This document shows, one piece after another, positions 22,612-36,189 of a stretch of 64,000 nucleotides of DNA; positions within the stretch are counted from its first letter, which is position 1; each line of letters starts with the position of its first letter. A model generated the notes under the pieces. The model saw only the letters and a program-made list of their open reading frames with translations, was not told where the DNA came from and ran no database searches. A program made the position numbers and the translations under genes. The DNA is from Eledone cirrhosa (taxonomy: Eukaryota). The stretch covers positions 370,388,001 through 370,452,000 of the forward strand of contig OZ024743.1 of the NCBI GenBank assembly GCA_964016885.1, written 5' to 3'.

Positions 22612-25600
22612 GTAAAGTGTTTCTGTTTTTTTGTTTTTGTTTCATTCTATTACAATATTTATATCTCAATATATTTAATAAAGAAACTTGTCCCTGTACT
22701 GACCAACTGGTTGAATAACCAGAAAAGGGATTGCTGGTTTGACAATATCAGAGAAGGCCTGTATAATGTTCATGACAAAGAAATTTATTCTCAACTAATT
22801 ACCTTATTTTGTATAAATGAAACAATTTATGCAGTTCATCATTGAGTGTTTCATTAGCTTATGTTAATCCGATCAACTCCTTTTATGTATGTGTATAGCT
22901 TGGAGGGGGGAGAGGGAGAGCTAGGTTATGATAGTAAGATCAACATCTCTTTATGTATGTGTATGGCTTTCAGTCTGTTAGCTTAATTTAGCCTAAAGTA
23001 CTATTTAGTTATTGATCTCAGCACTTCTAATACTAAAGATAATGTTGTAATTAGAATTGTTAAAGAACGTATTGAAATCATAGATAATATAATTGTGATG
23101 TCCTCATCAATATGATTATCCAAAACACAACTGAAGCTACTCTCATCAGAAAAAAATGTTGGCCTACACAAACTAAAACCAGCGTTGTCTCAGCTTCATA
23201 GATGAACAAACACTCTCCTCTCTGTAGACGTTTAGTTCCCCCAAAAGCAAATGGGACACAATCTTGTGCGACATGGTCTCAGACAGACTTGAGTGCCAGC
23301 TTGACCAACACTATCTGGAAGGATTTTGCTCTGAATCCCAACTCCACAGTAGTGCCTGGCTTAACATTATACCCTCACTCTCAACTGATATTTACCATAG
23401 ACAGTGATTGTCTGTGTTTCCCTGTGTTTCCCTGAAGGCTTGGTCTCTTGATCAGTGGGCTGCTCAAATGCTACTGTGGATTCACTGTGGACTTTTGGGA
23501 TCTTCACCCACCTATCGTGCTGTTACACTGCCAAGCCACTTTCAACAAGATCATAAAGCATGGCTTAGATATCACAGGCCTTCTTTCCCAGTTTGAGCTG
23601 GTAGGACTGGACCAAAGAGGTCAGCAAAAAGCCAAATGGTATCACAAACTTCCTGTTTTATGGTGGTAAGTCACTCATCAGGAATGCAACATGCAGTGAC
23701 ACCTTCTCCAGCAACAACCTGTAGCTGCTGAAATTTTCAGCTTTATTGGTCAACAGATCACCTCCCTACACAACTATGAGTCCTGTGTTTTGGAATAGCT
23801 ATTCTGACACATATTCCTTGCAATCCTCTGTGGGACAACACTTTCTTCATTTTGTCTGCTGGGACCATGAGTTGGCTCATGCCTAGATTTCTCAGCCTGT
23901 GTCATTTGGGTAACAATGTATGAACATAATTTTGGAATTTAATTTTTAAAGAGTCTGGTTCAATTAAACTTCACAAGCTCACCCCTTCTTCACAACTTCG
24001 CTATTGAATTGATTAAACAATAAAATTGTTTAGGCAAGGAAAATGTCCAATTACTAGCAAGATACTTTGGAACAATCGAATTTGTAAATACACATATACA
24101 ACTGTGGTATAAATGGGTCTAATTAGGTTTATAATTATGTGAATTTACATGGAGAAGTGGAAAATCTGAGCTCTTGTGGAAAGGTGGTACAAACATTCAC
24201 ATAAATAGATGCAGATTAGTTCAAGTGAATCTTATGGGTAATAAATTATTACAGTTACTATTTCATGTATTTAAAATGTTGTAATTAAATAGCCAAATTT
24301 GTTGAACTCATGAGAATAATTTAAAATGAAGCAATATATTTTCTTCTTTAGCTCTTTCATTATCATATTTCTAATAAAAGAAATGACATATGATTTTCAA
24401 ATAATCAAGAATTTGAAAAGATTTAATAATATAACTTTCTCCTTATAAATCTGATTTTAAAGGTTCTTACATAGAATTATAAGACAGTTTGGTATAAAAA
24501 GATTTAAAGCACAAAAACAACTAGTTGCTGCATCAGTAGGAATAATGCTTTCTTTATCGGTTTGAGTAAAATACTTGTGAGATAATTGTTGCACTGGTAC
24601 ATTTTTCAAATTTATTGAAGTTGTTTTGAATAGTCATCTGATTTGGAATAAACAAGAGCTTCATTTTGCATAATTGAAGTCTGCATAGTGATTTGAAATA
24701 TGACCTGATCAATACATTAATGTTGCTATGATTTGCTACAGGTGTCTAGTATTTTAATCATGTGAGTCACTATAAAGTTTTGGAACAATACTGTAGCTAG
24801 TATGATTATCATTTTCACAGAAGAACCGTACTTCTAGAGAATTTAAACACGGCAAGTTGGGTCATAAAACCCTTTGCATCCAATAACATTTCGCCATTTA
24901 ACAACACAAGAAACAGTAAATGAGCTACATTATCAGTTATTAGGACTGTTGGAATAGCTTCTTGAGTGAACATTCATAGTCAAGCCTTAACAGGGAAGTC
25001 AGCTCTTGCTATGGTTGTGAAATATACCTTTGGCCATTTTGAGAATAAATTATAAATGGGTATATAAAACATTTTAATTAAATATATAAAAAATGTTAAC
25101 ACCAGGTAGTGCTTAAATAAGCAAATAATACTTTGTTAAATTATGAGCCTAGATGTCAGAAAAGCAAAAAAGAAAATGAACATGTGCTATGCTCTTTTCA
25201 TTATAAGATAACCACTACAGTAAATACTTCAATGTTGAACCATCTAACCATGTTTTCAGAACGGTTTATCAGGATTAAAAATGAACTGAAATGCTTTATG
25301 ATCTAGTGCTTAAATGAAGTGTCTATTGAATAAGTACATTTAACAGCTAGATAAATGACTATAATGTTTAAGGCAGTCTGATGAAACAAAGGAAATAAGT
25401 GGATCATTACTCTATCTATGGTTTCTTGATGTGAATTTCATCTTTTGGTAAAATTTCTGTAGCTCAGCTAAACTTATCAGCAATTCAATATTTCTTGCAT
25501 TTATAATGAATATATGTGAATTGCCAGAAGCTAACTTGAAACATTGTCACATGTGTGATGAATTATTTGTCAATGAAGCTAATCACAAAATACGAATACT

Positions 25601-26084
25601 GTTGGTTGGATAAATTAAGTGCATTGAGCAACAAACTTTGGCAATGTGACACATCTTTTGGTTCTTACATTAAACAGGGCTGCTAAACTTACAGTTTGTT
25701 CAATCATCTCATTTCCACAAGACTGACAAGATTCAAAATGAATTCAACAATTACTTTCTGTCACATCCAACAATGCCCACTTTATACTGATTATATTACT
25801 CCCCATAACTTTCCTTAACCAAACATCGTCCATATACAACCTTGTAACCTCATTCCAAATGTAACAACAGAGATTTCAAAAGCATCCTCCAATGAGATCA
25901 TAGCAACCTTTCTCTCTCAACAACAGAATAAAACAAACACTACTCATATCAGGAAAACACAAATCCATCTAATCCAACACTTAGACTTATGAAGCATTCA
26001 ACTAGAACCCTTATGCTTATTTGAAATGTTAGGCCTCTCAATCACTTAGGATTTCTCATGGTTAACACACACAAAGTCATTGCT

Positions 26085-26750
26085 GTGATGACTGAGACAC
26101 TTGTCCTGTGAAGGAAGCTGTGTAGTGCACTCTACAATGTGAATGGTGTTCCTTTGAAACAGGTGGAGAGGTTCAAGTATCTTGTAGTCATGTTCATGAG
26201 TGGTGGAAGGCAGGAGGTTGAATTAAGTGCAGGAATTGCAGGAGCTGGTGCAGTAATGTGCCAGCTTCAGTATTCAGTCAACAAAAGAAAGGAGGTAGCT
26301 GTAAAAGCCAAACTTGTTATCTTCAATTTGGTTTTCATGTCAACACTTATCTATGGTCATGAATGAAAGAATACAATTATGGATACAAGTGGCTGAAATG
26401 GGCCAAAGGGAGTAATTGTTACTCAGTGGAGTGTGCAGCTCAGAAATCAGAAAGTCACTCCAGGTAGAGCTGCTACTTCTCTTAATTGAGGGATGACAGC
26501 AACAATATTATAGACATGTGGTCAGAATGTCTAAGGCAAGAAATGCTGGACAGATTTTATAGGCAAAATCAATTTGCAGGAAACCCAGGGGTAGACACGA
26601 GTTGGACAATATCCATGTGCTCGGTTGGTCTGACTTAGGGATCCAGTCATATCTATTGGAGACTGTTGTTTCTGATCTGCTGGAAGGTATGCTTGGGGAT
26701 CCTGCCCCTATGACCCTTCCAGAAATAAGTAGGTGAAGAAGAAGAAAAAG
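26085..26750 (+). mobile_element. RTE LINE 3' fragment
   Basis: LKQVERFKYL...STLIYGHE; homologous to 35400-35920. Confidence 0.75.
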
Positions 26751-27109
26751 CACTGAGGTTTAAACTGAACATCAGCTGTAGCAATTTCACCAGTCATAGT
26801 TTTCTTATAAATAACCTAAGAATTGCTCATATATAGGTATTTCTTATGACTAAACAAGCTGATACTCAGATTGTTGGCTTAATGACTATGAAAAGATCCA
26901 ACAACAAATCTTTTTAGTTGCTGTATAGTTGTCCTTGTTTTTTCATCTTTTTCTCATGTTTTCATCTTTTCTTCTTTTGCTTCTTGTTTTTCTTTTCTCT
27001 CTCTCTCTCTCTCTCTTATTTTCTTCTTAATTTTAAAAAGAATTAGATATTTCTCATAGTCTGTCATGGCATACTATCTCTATATAGGATCTGTACAGTT
27101 GATCTTATA

Positions 27110-28100
27110 TAGAGCATCAACTGCCCTTGCAAAGAATCCTTGAAGAAATACTGTCCATATGGAGAATCATTGAAAAAATAAGTCATGGCAATAAATATTT
27201 TTGCATAATTTTTGTGGACTTTATGAAAGCATTCGATTCAATCAACATGAGATAATGTTTGACATACTGCCACTTTATGGCATTCCAGAAAAGATAGTTA
27301 AAGCAATAAGAGCATTACACACCAGCATGAAATCACAAGTCATAACTCCAGATGAAGAAATAGAATATTTCGATATAGTGGATGTGGTTCTTCAAGGGAA
27401 TACTCTAGCACCTTTTCTCTTTATAAGTGTTCTGGATTACATCATACTCATATGGTAATGAGGTGAAGGGATTAATGTTTAAGCTGTTCTCTCAAACACA
27501 GTAGCAAATACCCAATTGTTCCTTCATTCACTGGAATTAACTGCTGCGCATGTTGGACTCTAATGCAATAACAAAAAAAAAAAACAGAGTTTATTTCAAC
27601 AGAATCTAATGCTGGCATAGGCACAGTAAACAAGTAGAAAACTAAGTACCTTGGTTCTTTCATAATGAACTCAACTTTCAAATACATAAAACCCTGGCCT
27701 GGAATGCATTTCATAAGCTGTATAAAATTTGGAAATCCAATATATCAGACAAATTCAAAATCAGCCTGTTTAGAATGGTTCTTTGACCTAACATTGCCTT
27801 CTACTGAACCATTTAGATGGATGTTACACTACCCTTCTGAGAAAGAATCGAAATATTCCTTGGCAGACCTGCCCTATGCAAAAACAGATATATGAAAAAA
27901 TCCCCAAAGTGAGTGCATTTGCCGATTAAATGTTGTAGAAGTTTTGCTGGTCACTGCTTCTGTGCAAAAGATGAGATGGTTTCAAACCTTTTGTTTGTGA
28001 GTGATCTCCTTTACCTGAAAGCTCAGTTACCACTGGAATTGACAAGGAAGACCTATAAACCTTTATGGGAAACAGAAACTGTTGGCTTGCTATCTTGCCT
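27110..28100 (+). mobile_element. Highly decayed RTE-type RT fragment
   Basis: LYGIPEKIVKAI...VLQGNTLAPFLFISVLDYI; KYLGS. Confidence 0.7.
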
Positions 28101-28836
28101 AAGGCTCTATATTGATTAAAGAAATAAATGTCAATGTAAACTGAGACAACTGAAGGTATGAAATAGAATATTTCGAGATGGATCTGGTATCTATTTTCAA
28201 AGCTAACATGGACTCAGACAACATAGAATAAAATATTTATCCCTGTGAAAAGACAGAAGGGCATTTGAAATGATATCTGATGATTAGTTAGTCCTGTACC
28301 TTTTCTGTGTGCCTTACTAAACTGCTAAACATTAAAAAGAGAGATGTCTTGTAGCAACTAAGAATGAAGTTCAAGTTTTGTGAACGTGTTATAAACTCAT
28401 ATATCACGTGTAACACAGCTTAAAACAGATTAAATCCAGTCAAATTCAATAAAGGAACTGAATAGTTTTTTTATTGATAAGTTTCAGAAAGCATGTACAA
28501 TACTGTAGAAGTATATAAAGGGTGAAGGTGACAAATAAAACAAAACAAAGTAATGTTTTACTTAGAATATTTCAACATAATATTTCAGAACTATTACCCT
28601 CTTTTCAATTGTGAAACGAAATCTGTTCAAAATTATTTTTCTTTACTTTTTAAAATATTTGATTAAAAGTGAAATGATTTTGATTTATTGAAATTGAGTT
28701 ACCATTTTAAATGTTATGCTAACCCATTGAATATAGAATGTTTCTTTTGTATATGTTGATCTGTAAATTTAATGTTCACATTATTAATAAATTAATAAAT
28801 TAATACTGATAAATTGATTATTCTAATCATTTACAG

Positions 28837-29169
28837 GATTCTATATGTATGCAGAAGCTTCTTATGGAATACGTGATGATACTACGGAGTTGAGGTTTCA
28901 AGTTTCTAATGCCAAGGGAAAATATCTGAAGTTTGCTTACAATATGTATGGAAGTGGTGTTGGTCAACTTTATGTTACATTTGATAATAATGAATTTAAT
29001 GAGACAATGATATGGTCAATGACGGGAAACCAAGGATTATACTGGCACAAAGAGTGTTTATATATTAAATATGACATACATACTATCAAATTTACTGCTA
29101 AAAGAGGATATTCATACAGAGGAGACATTGCAATAGACAGTGTTTCAGTTGGAAGCAAGGGATGCCCTG
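28837..29169 (+). CDS. MAM-repeat protein, exon d (C-half of MAM domain 2)
   Basis: ttacag acceptor, gtaatg donor; 333 bp, phase 1-1; GFYMYAEAS...LKFAYNMYGSGVGQL...IWSMTGNQGLYW...GDIAIDSVSV...GCP. Confidence 0.92.
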
Positions 29170-30261
29170 GTAATGTTTAAATATTTCATTTTTTATAAGT
29201 AAAAGAGTCAGCTAAAGTATTAGCATTTGTTTAAATAGTATTTGTAATCAAGTTTGTGTTTAGAACATAACTTAACAAAAAGTGTTCGATTACATTATAT
29301 TCAACAAGTGTAAAACATCCAGGATATACACAACTGATACTTATTCTTTATTGAATGGAATGTTTCAAATTATATTATAAAATACACAGTTTAGTGATAG
29401 AAACAATGTCATAGAATGTTTCAAATTATATAATAATATATGTATGCAAAAAGTAAACTAAAATAAGAAAGCAAATGACACAGTACAATGAAGAAATACA
29501 TTAGTTTAATGCTTGATATAGTAGGAAAAAAGTTGTTATGTTTCAGATACTAGTCCTTCTTCAGAAGATACAATGAGAAATATAAGATGAAATAGAAAGA
29601 TAGAGAATAGAAGAGGGAGGAACGGGAAAAAAAATATTTTTGAGCAAAAACATGTCGTCAATCAGCCATTTGGAATACACAGGTTAGTCAGGGAAATAAT
29701 ATAATCAAAATATTCAAGAAAATAAACAATCTCTCTTAGTAGCTGCTAGTTGAATCAATAAGTTTCATTGTTTGAATCATTTTAATAGGTATTGTGTTAG
29801 AATTATGACAAAGACATTTTAAATCTTTTATAACCCATACATGAATTATGTATAAGTAAATAAGCAAATAGGACCATCAAATACCTAAATCTGAAGATAG
29901 ATACATCTAGAACAAACGCAAGGTAATCACTGAATGCCTCTATACGTAAATAATACACTCTGAAAACAAAGCCAACAATAAACAAAACACCCAGGAGATA
30001 TGACCATTGAATGCCAAACTCATAACTAATAGACTCATTAAAACAAAACCAATTACAAATTAAATGTCTATACTAGATCCAAGACATCATCTATAATTCC
30101 TACCTTAGACAGCATCTATATTTCCTGACTCATACTCCATAAGCCCAACCACCAACACACCCTAAATACCAGAACTAGTTCTATAGTTTATTCTATAGCT
30201 ATATATAACTTATATAACTCCTATATAACCTAATTGTAAATAAGTCATATGATAATATATC

Positions 30262-32320
30262 TCATCATCATCATCATCATCAACATCATTTTACATCCGC
30301 ATTTCCCTGCTTGCAAGGGTGGAATGGGTCTATTCAGCACAGCATCTCTCCACTTGTCACGGTTCTTCGTCATCTCCACCGTGAGCTTCAGCGATCTGAG
30401 GTCTGTTCTCACCACCTCTGCCCATGTTTTTCGTGGTCTACCTCTACCACGTCTTCCTTCAACTGGCATTTCCTGGCACTTCTTCACCCATCGGTCATCC
30501 TCCATGCGCATCACATGTCCCATACCACCGCAGTCTCCTCTCTCGCACACTACATTCTATCCCTCTCAGACACAGTTTCTCACTCAACACATCCATGCTG
30601 GATCATTCACGCACATTGACATTGCACATCCAACGGAGCATGCTTGCCTCATTTCTCTCCAGCCATCGCATATCCTCTGCAGTTGCTGCATCTCATCTAG
30701 TTTTACCCGGTCCCTAATCAGCTGTGCTATAACTCTTTCCATTACTTTCATGACCTGGTCCATCAGCTTTACACCTCTATAGTTTCCTCTATCTAGTGCA
30801 TCTCCTTTACCCTTGTAGCAGTTGACAATGAAGCTGCTGCTCCAATCCTTTAGTATGGCACCCTCTAGGTTAACCTGGTTAACAATACATGTGGTTATGG
30901 TGTGACCTACCGATCCAAATGCTTTCAGCATCTGGGCCGCTATACCCGATGGACTGATTGCCTGCCCAGTATTCATATCTTTAATTGCCTTGCTTACTAT
31001 GCTGCTGCTGACTTGTATTGCTGTTCCATCAATAGGGTCCACTTAGAGTAGGGTCTCTTTCTCCCATGCATTCTCTTCATTTAGTAATCTTTCATAATGG
31101 CTCTTCCACACAGCTTTCTTCTCAGCACTTGTGAGGGAAAGCTCACCATTATCATTCCGGACACACTTCTCTCCAATGACATCACAATTTTCTCTAACAC
31201 ACTGCCTCGCAATCCTGAACACCTCCTGTTTCTGGTCCTCATGCTGCAAAACATACTTGAATTTTCTATTCTCCGCTTCCCTCCTAGCTAAGTATACTTG
31301 TCGCCTAGCTTCCCTCCTGGTCTCTATGTAATGAACCCTGCTTCCTCCATTCTTCCATTGTTTCCATGCCTGTTTCTTAGCCTTAATTGCCCCATCTACC
31401 TTATTGTTCCACCACCAAGTCACTCTCCTTCTCACTGTGGACTTTCTCCAACCACAAATCTTGTCTGTCGCCTTCTATATTGAATGTCTCTATCTGTTTT
31501 CTTTACTGTCATAGGTGTCGAGTAAGATATCTTTAAATCTGTTACTGGCTGAGAGGTCTTTCAGCTTCCAGATCTTTCTTCTCCAAGTTGCCTTCTGTTT
31601 CCAAGTTCCTCTAGTTCTGACAATGAAGTCACTGACAAGTTATGTTGGGAGTTACATTCCTCACCGGGGAAGGCTTTTGTGTTTACAACCGTCCATCTAT
31701 CTCATCCTCTAATAAGGATAAAATATATCTGACTAGAATGGAGGGTTTTTTTAATGTTGTGTTACATATTGACATGTCATTGGTGTCACAGAATTCTAGA
31801 AGCCTGAAACCTTCTTCATTTCTTCTGCCAAACCAATAATAGCCTCCATGGACTCTATAGAAACCATCACAGTGTTTCCCAATGCACCTGTTAAAGTCTC
31901 CTGCAATGATTAGGAAGTCATTGTCAATTGTTAGGGCAGTAGTGTGCATTAAGGACTCATAAAACCTATCCTTAAGTTTGTCTCACAACCCAGATTGGGG
32001 TGCGTAAGCTGATATAATTGTAGCAATTGTTTTAGTCAGGACTAGTCTGAGTTTAATGATTCTTGCATTCCCCCTGTTCACTGAGATTACTTTATCTACC
32101 CATTTGTCCGCTAATAGTATACCTACACCACCCAACCCATTGTCATTTCCCGCCCAGAAAAATTTATAGCTCTGATTTTTGCCTACAAGCCCTCTAGCGG
32201 ACTCTCCTCTCCATCTAGTCTCTTGCACACAGCATACATTGATTTCCTTCTGCTCTAACATCTCTATGATTTCTCCTGCTCTTCCTTCCATTGTGCTTAC
32301 ATTGATGGTGACAACTCAGA
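30262..32320 (-). mobile_element. RTE LINE with internal deletion
   Basis: APE (CCVQETRW, SAYAPQ, AGDFN), VTWWWN, RGNYRGVKLM, then a jump at about 30690 to the C-terminal GHVMRM...GRPRKTW and (GAT)n tail; RT core missing. Confidence 0.88.
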
Positions 32321-33403
32321 GTTTTGGGCATTTTCCATCACTCATGTGAAAGGGTGAATTTTTGTGGGGGAGTGTGTATGCTTTTTGTCTCTGAATTAAA
32401 GCTTCACATGGGCACTTGGCTCATGGATTCATATTCATTTATATTCAGGGTTGTTCCATTATCCCCAGCTCATCCATAGATAATGATAAACAAGAATTCT
32501 TTGGTGCAGGGCTGAGTCTCAATGCAGCTCCTCTTTCCATCGCCTCTGATGGTTTTGTGGTTAACCCAATCCTTTCAAGGTGGCTTGAAACCTCTGTTGC
32601 TGACACTAGGGCCTCATCTACCAAATGTAGCAATTGATGGTCTTCTTCACCTTGTCCACCTTTCCCAGAATGGCCTTGAAGACCGTCACCATGATTCACT
32701 TTTCCTAGTTTGGCAAAAGTAGCATAAAATCCCTGTGAATGCCTCCTTGAGGTGCTGTTCAATCTTCCCTGCATTCAGTTGGTCTCAGATGTATAATGGC
32801 AATGCATTACCCTCAAGATGCAGCACCATCTGGCCTACCACGTTTCCGATCTCTTGTAATGTAGCAATCAATTTATCTTCCTAATCCATGCAATGATGTC
32901 TCCTTGCTGCTGAAGGTTTTGATTGCGTCACTACCAATTCTTATTTTTGTCACCACATCTGTGAAATGGAGAAAGTAAATAATAATTTTTAAAAAACTCT
33001 GCCGGAATAGTTTATCGTAAGAAGCGAAGATATCTATTTTTGTATCTCCATTTCTGTCCAAACTGGATCTCCCTGCATGATGCATACCTGTTTCATGTCT
33101 GGTCAGAGAAAACAGCGAAACACACACACTTACTCGCACCAGTCATCACAGGACATCCACAATCTGCTGCTCAACATAGAGCAAGAGAGTGACATGGCCC
33201 ACACTTCCAATGTGATATCATTGGCCCCTCACTACCGACAAGTCCTTCTCTGCGTTTCAGCTTCTTGACACCACAATTGTTTTAAAATTAACAAATTGAA
33301 GCAAACCTTCATAGTTATTTAAATAGTCTGAATGTTCTGAAATATAGTTTTTACAAATATATGTGTAAGCCTTTTCATATACTTTATTTTTATATTTTTG
33401 CAG

Positions 33404-33499
33404 GTCCCTTTGATTGTGATTTTCAAAATGGAATGTGCAGATATCAAAAGTATGGGTCACTCTACTCAAAAATTAACACTGAATATTCAAAAGATAGTG
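33404..33499 (+). CDS. MAM-repeat protein, exon e (short N-half of MAM domain 3)
   Basis: Polypyrimidine tract with tttgcag acceptor, gtaaat donor; 96 bp, phase 1-1; GPFDCDFQNGMCRYQKY has the CDF..GxC signature. No matching C-half exon seen before 64000. Confidence 0.78.
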
Positions 33500-33539
33500 G
33501 TAAATTTCTTTTCCTTAATATTATCTAAAATGTCGACAT

Positions 33540-35935
33540 ATCTGTCCCCTGATTCCCCTTATATGATGCATATTTATGGATGCCTCTGTGCTGGACGAAG
33601 GTGTTCATAATAAAGAGTTCATTGCTAGAACAAAAATCTAGTAAAGCCTTTCCATTCGTATTTAGATCAGGGTCGCCATTCCTTTCAATCATTCCTTTCC
33701 ATGTCAGTTAGTCAGTGCCAACATGTGCATTGAAGTTTCTCATCACGATATATGACTCAGTTTTAACTACATCTAACGCTGCAGTGTCTTCATCAAGGAA
33801 AAACATGTATTCGGACTCCTTGTTTGGTGCATAAACTTGCACCACCCACAGAGACTTATCTTTCAGCCTAAGCTTCAAGAGGCAAATCCTCCCGCCTAAT
33901 GGGATTCAATCCATAACACATTCTGACAAACGGTGACTTGTGAGTATCCCCACTTCTGCCTGTGCAGTCATCTCTAGAGTCACACCTAAATATCAGAGTT
34001 TCTACACTCCATCCAAATCTACAGTAACACAGCTATGGAACGTTGTTGAGGAAGCCCCAACTATAACTAGCCAGTAGCAGGGTTCCTGCTCCTTACTTGT
34101 AATGGTTGTGATGATCCAGGGTCCTACTGTCAAGGTTTGCTCCCTTCTGGACCGTCTTTGGGGTCTCGAGATAAGCAATCTTTTGCGACCATCCAACGCC
34201 TCCCAGGATACGTTGCAGGCCCATCGCCAGTTTTTGCAGATCAATAATTGATTTTGTTATTGTCTCTGATCTCTTTGATTCTGTGCTGCACGTTCATGTT
34301 AAGAGAGGGGATGAGCTTTCAACTGATCACCATCTAGTTATCTGCAACTAAAAACTTCCTAAAGCCAAAGAAGCTCACAAAACTGGCAGGTCCAGGGTGA
34401 CCTACAGGATAAAGTTGGAAGCATTGGTAGATAAGGAAGTCAGGACCAGGTATGCAGGTACTATTGCATCCAAATTCAGAGAAATCCCTGAGCAAGCTGA
34501 GAACGTTCAAACAGAGTAGAGATTTTCAGCACAGCAGATTCTGCTTCTGCTGTTAAATACTGTGGGCGAAAGAGGCATTGTGTGGTGCTGGATGGCAGAA
34601 AGACCCCTTGGTTCAACCAAGAGGTCAAAGATGCCATCTGGGCAAAGAAGGAGGCCTACAAAGCTTCGCTTGGAAATAAGTACCCCCTCCTTGCACTTGC
34701 GATACAAGCAAGCCCAAAGAATCGCACCAGAGACAGTAAAGGCGTCCAAAGTTAAGACATGGGAGTACTTTAGAGTTAAGCTGGAATCTGACATCAGATC
34801 ATCTAATAAAATGTTCTGGCAAACCACACGCTGACTTCGTAATAAGAAGCACTCCTCCACCCCTGCTATCAAGAATGCATCTGGGGTTCTCCTTTTTTCA
34901 GAGAGGTGTATCCTTGCTAGATGGAGAAAATACTTTGCTGATCACCTTAACCCGATTAGAGTATCTTCTGATGTTCATGAAGTGTATCTGGGAGTGGGAA
35001 CTAATCTCTCAGATGCTGAAGTCACAAAAGCAGTTAAAGAGCTTAAATGAGGCAAAGCCACTGAGGAAGAGGAAAACTAGCCTGAGATGTTGAAAGACTT
35101 AAATGGAGAAGATATTCTCTTGCTGACTCATGTGTGCTAGGTGGCTTAGATCTCCTACGCAATGGCAATTGGGAGTGTTAATCCCAATTTTCAAAAAGGG
35201 AGTCAAAAGAGATTGTTCCAATTACAGAAGGATCTCCTTGTTAAGCCTCCCCAGGAATGTCTATTTTAAGTGTGTGGCAAAGAAATGCAAGGAGATTGTC
35301 GAGTACAAGTTAGTTGATGAGTAGAGTGGCTTTCGCTCCAGATGCAGCACAGCTGACCAAATATTAGTATCTAGTATCTTGGGACCAAGTACACGAGTGA
35401 TGGAAGGCAAGAGGCTGACTTAAGTGCAAGAATTGTAGGAGCTGGTGCAATAATGTGCCAGCTTCAACATTCGGTAATCAGGGGAAGGGAGATGGGTGTG
35501 AGGGCCAAACTCGCTATCTTCAATTCTGTATTCGTGTCAACCCTTATCTATGGTCATGAATCTTGGATAATGATCAAAAGGATATGATCGTAGATACAAG
35601 TGGCCAAAATGGGGTTCCTCCAAAGGGTCTTTGGAGTAACGTTACTCGATAGCGTGCGTAGCTCAGAGATCAGAGAATCACTCTAGGTAGAGTTTCGACT
35701 TCTCTGAATTGAGAGATCATAGCTCCAATATTATGGGCATGTGGTTGGAATGTCCCAGGAAAGTCACTGGACAGAGTTTACGGGCAAAACTAACCGGCAG
35801 GTGACCAGGGGATAGACACAGAGCAAGATAGTTGGATAACATCCATAAGCTTGGCTGGTCTCACTTGGGGATCCAACCAGATCAGTTGGAGGTGGTTGCT
35901 TCTGACAAGACTCGCTGGAAGGAATCAACCTATCA
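33540..35935 (+). mobile_element. RTE LINE with inverted 5' segment (33540-34236 on the - strand)
   Basis: APE N-part (VQVYAP, FNAHVG, NTF) on the - strand; continuation IIDFVIV...STDHHLV, PIFKKG..CSNYRRISLLS, LIYGHESW on the + strand. Confidence 0.8.
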
Positions 35936-36189
35936 CCATACATGCATGCAAACATAAATGCAATCATACACATACACACACATGCACGCACACACACACA
36001 CACACACAGATGCACACACATACACACACACAAATCTATATCACTAGCTGAGGTACCCGATGTTGCTCGGGTATTAAATAGCAGTCATGTATAGCATTCA
36101 TGTCAAATACTTCAGTGCTGCTTAGAAAACTATACTTGTACAAAATCATTGGCTTTTTCCAAAAGGGGTCCCTGCTCACGGCCTCCCCG

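Noticed and set aside
23140-23900. GC-richer segment, possibly an old LINE fragment or exon
   Set aside because: No recognisable motif or splice-bounded open frame that I could support.
24139-24165. GAATTTACATGGAGAAG resembles exon c (EFTWR) as a possible duplicate exon
   Set aside because: In-frame stop just upstream, no CxF motif, and no further similarity.
29535-29570. Other hammerhead-like cores (29540 -, 41525 -, 44045 -, 44715 +, 45575 -)
   Set aside because: Only partial boxes and no convincing stem I; may be relics but cannot be supported individually.
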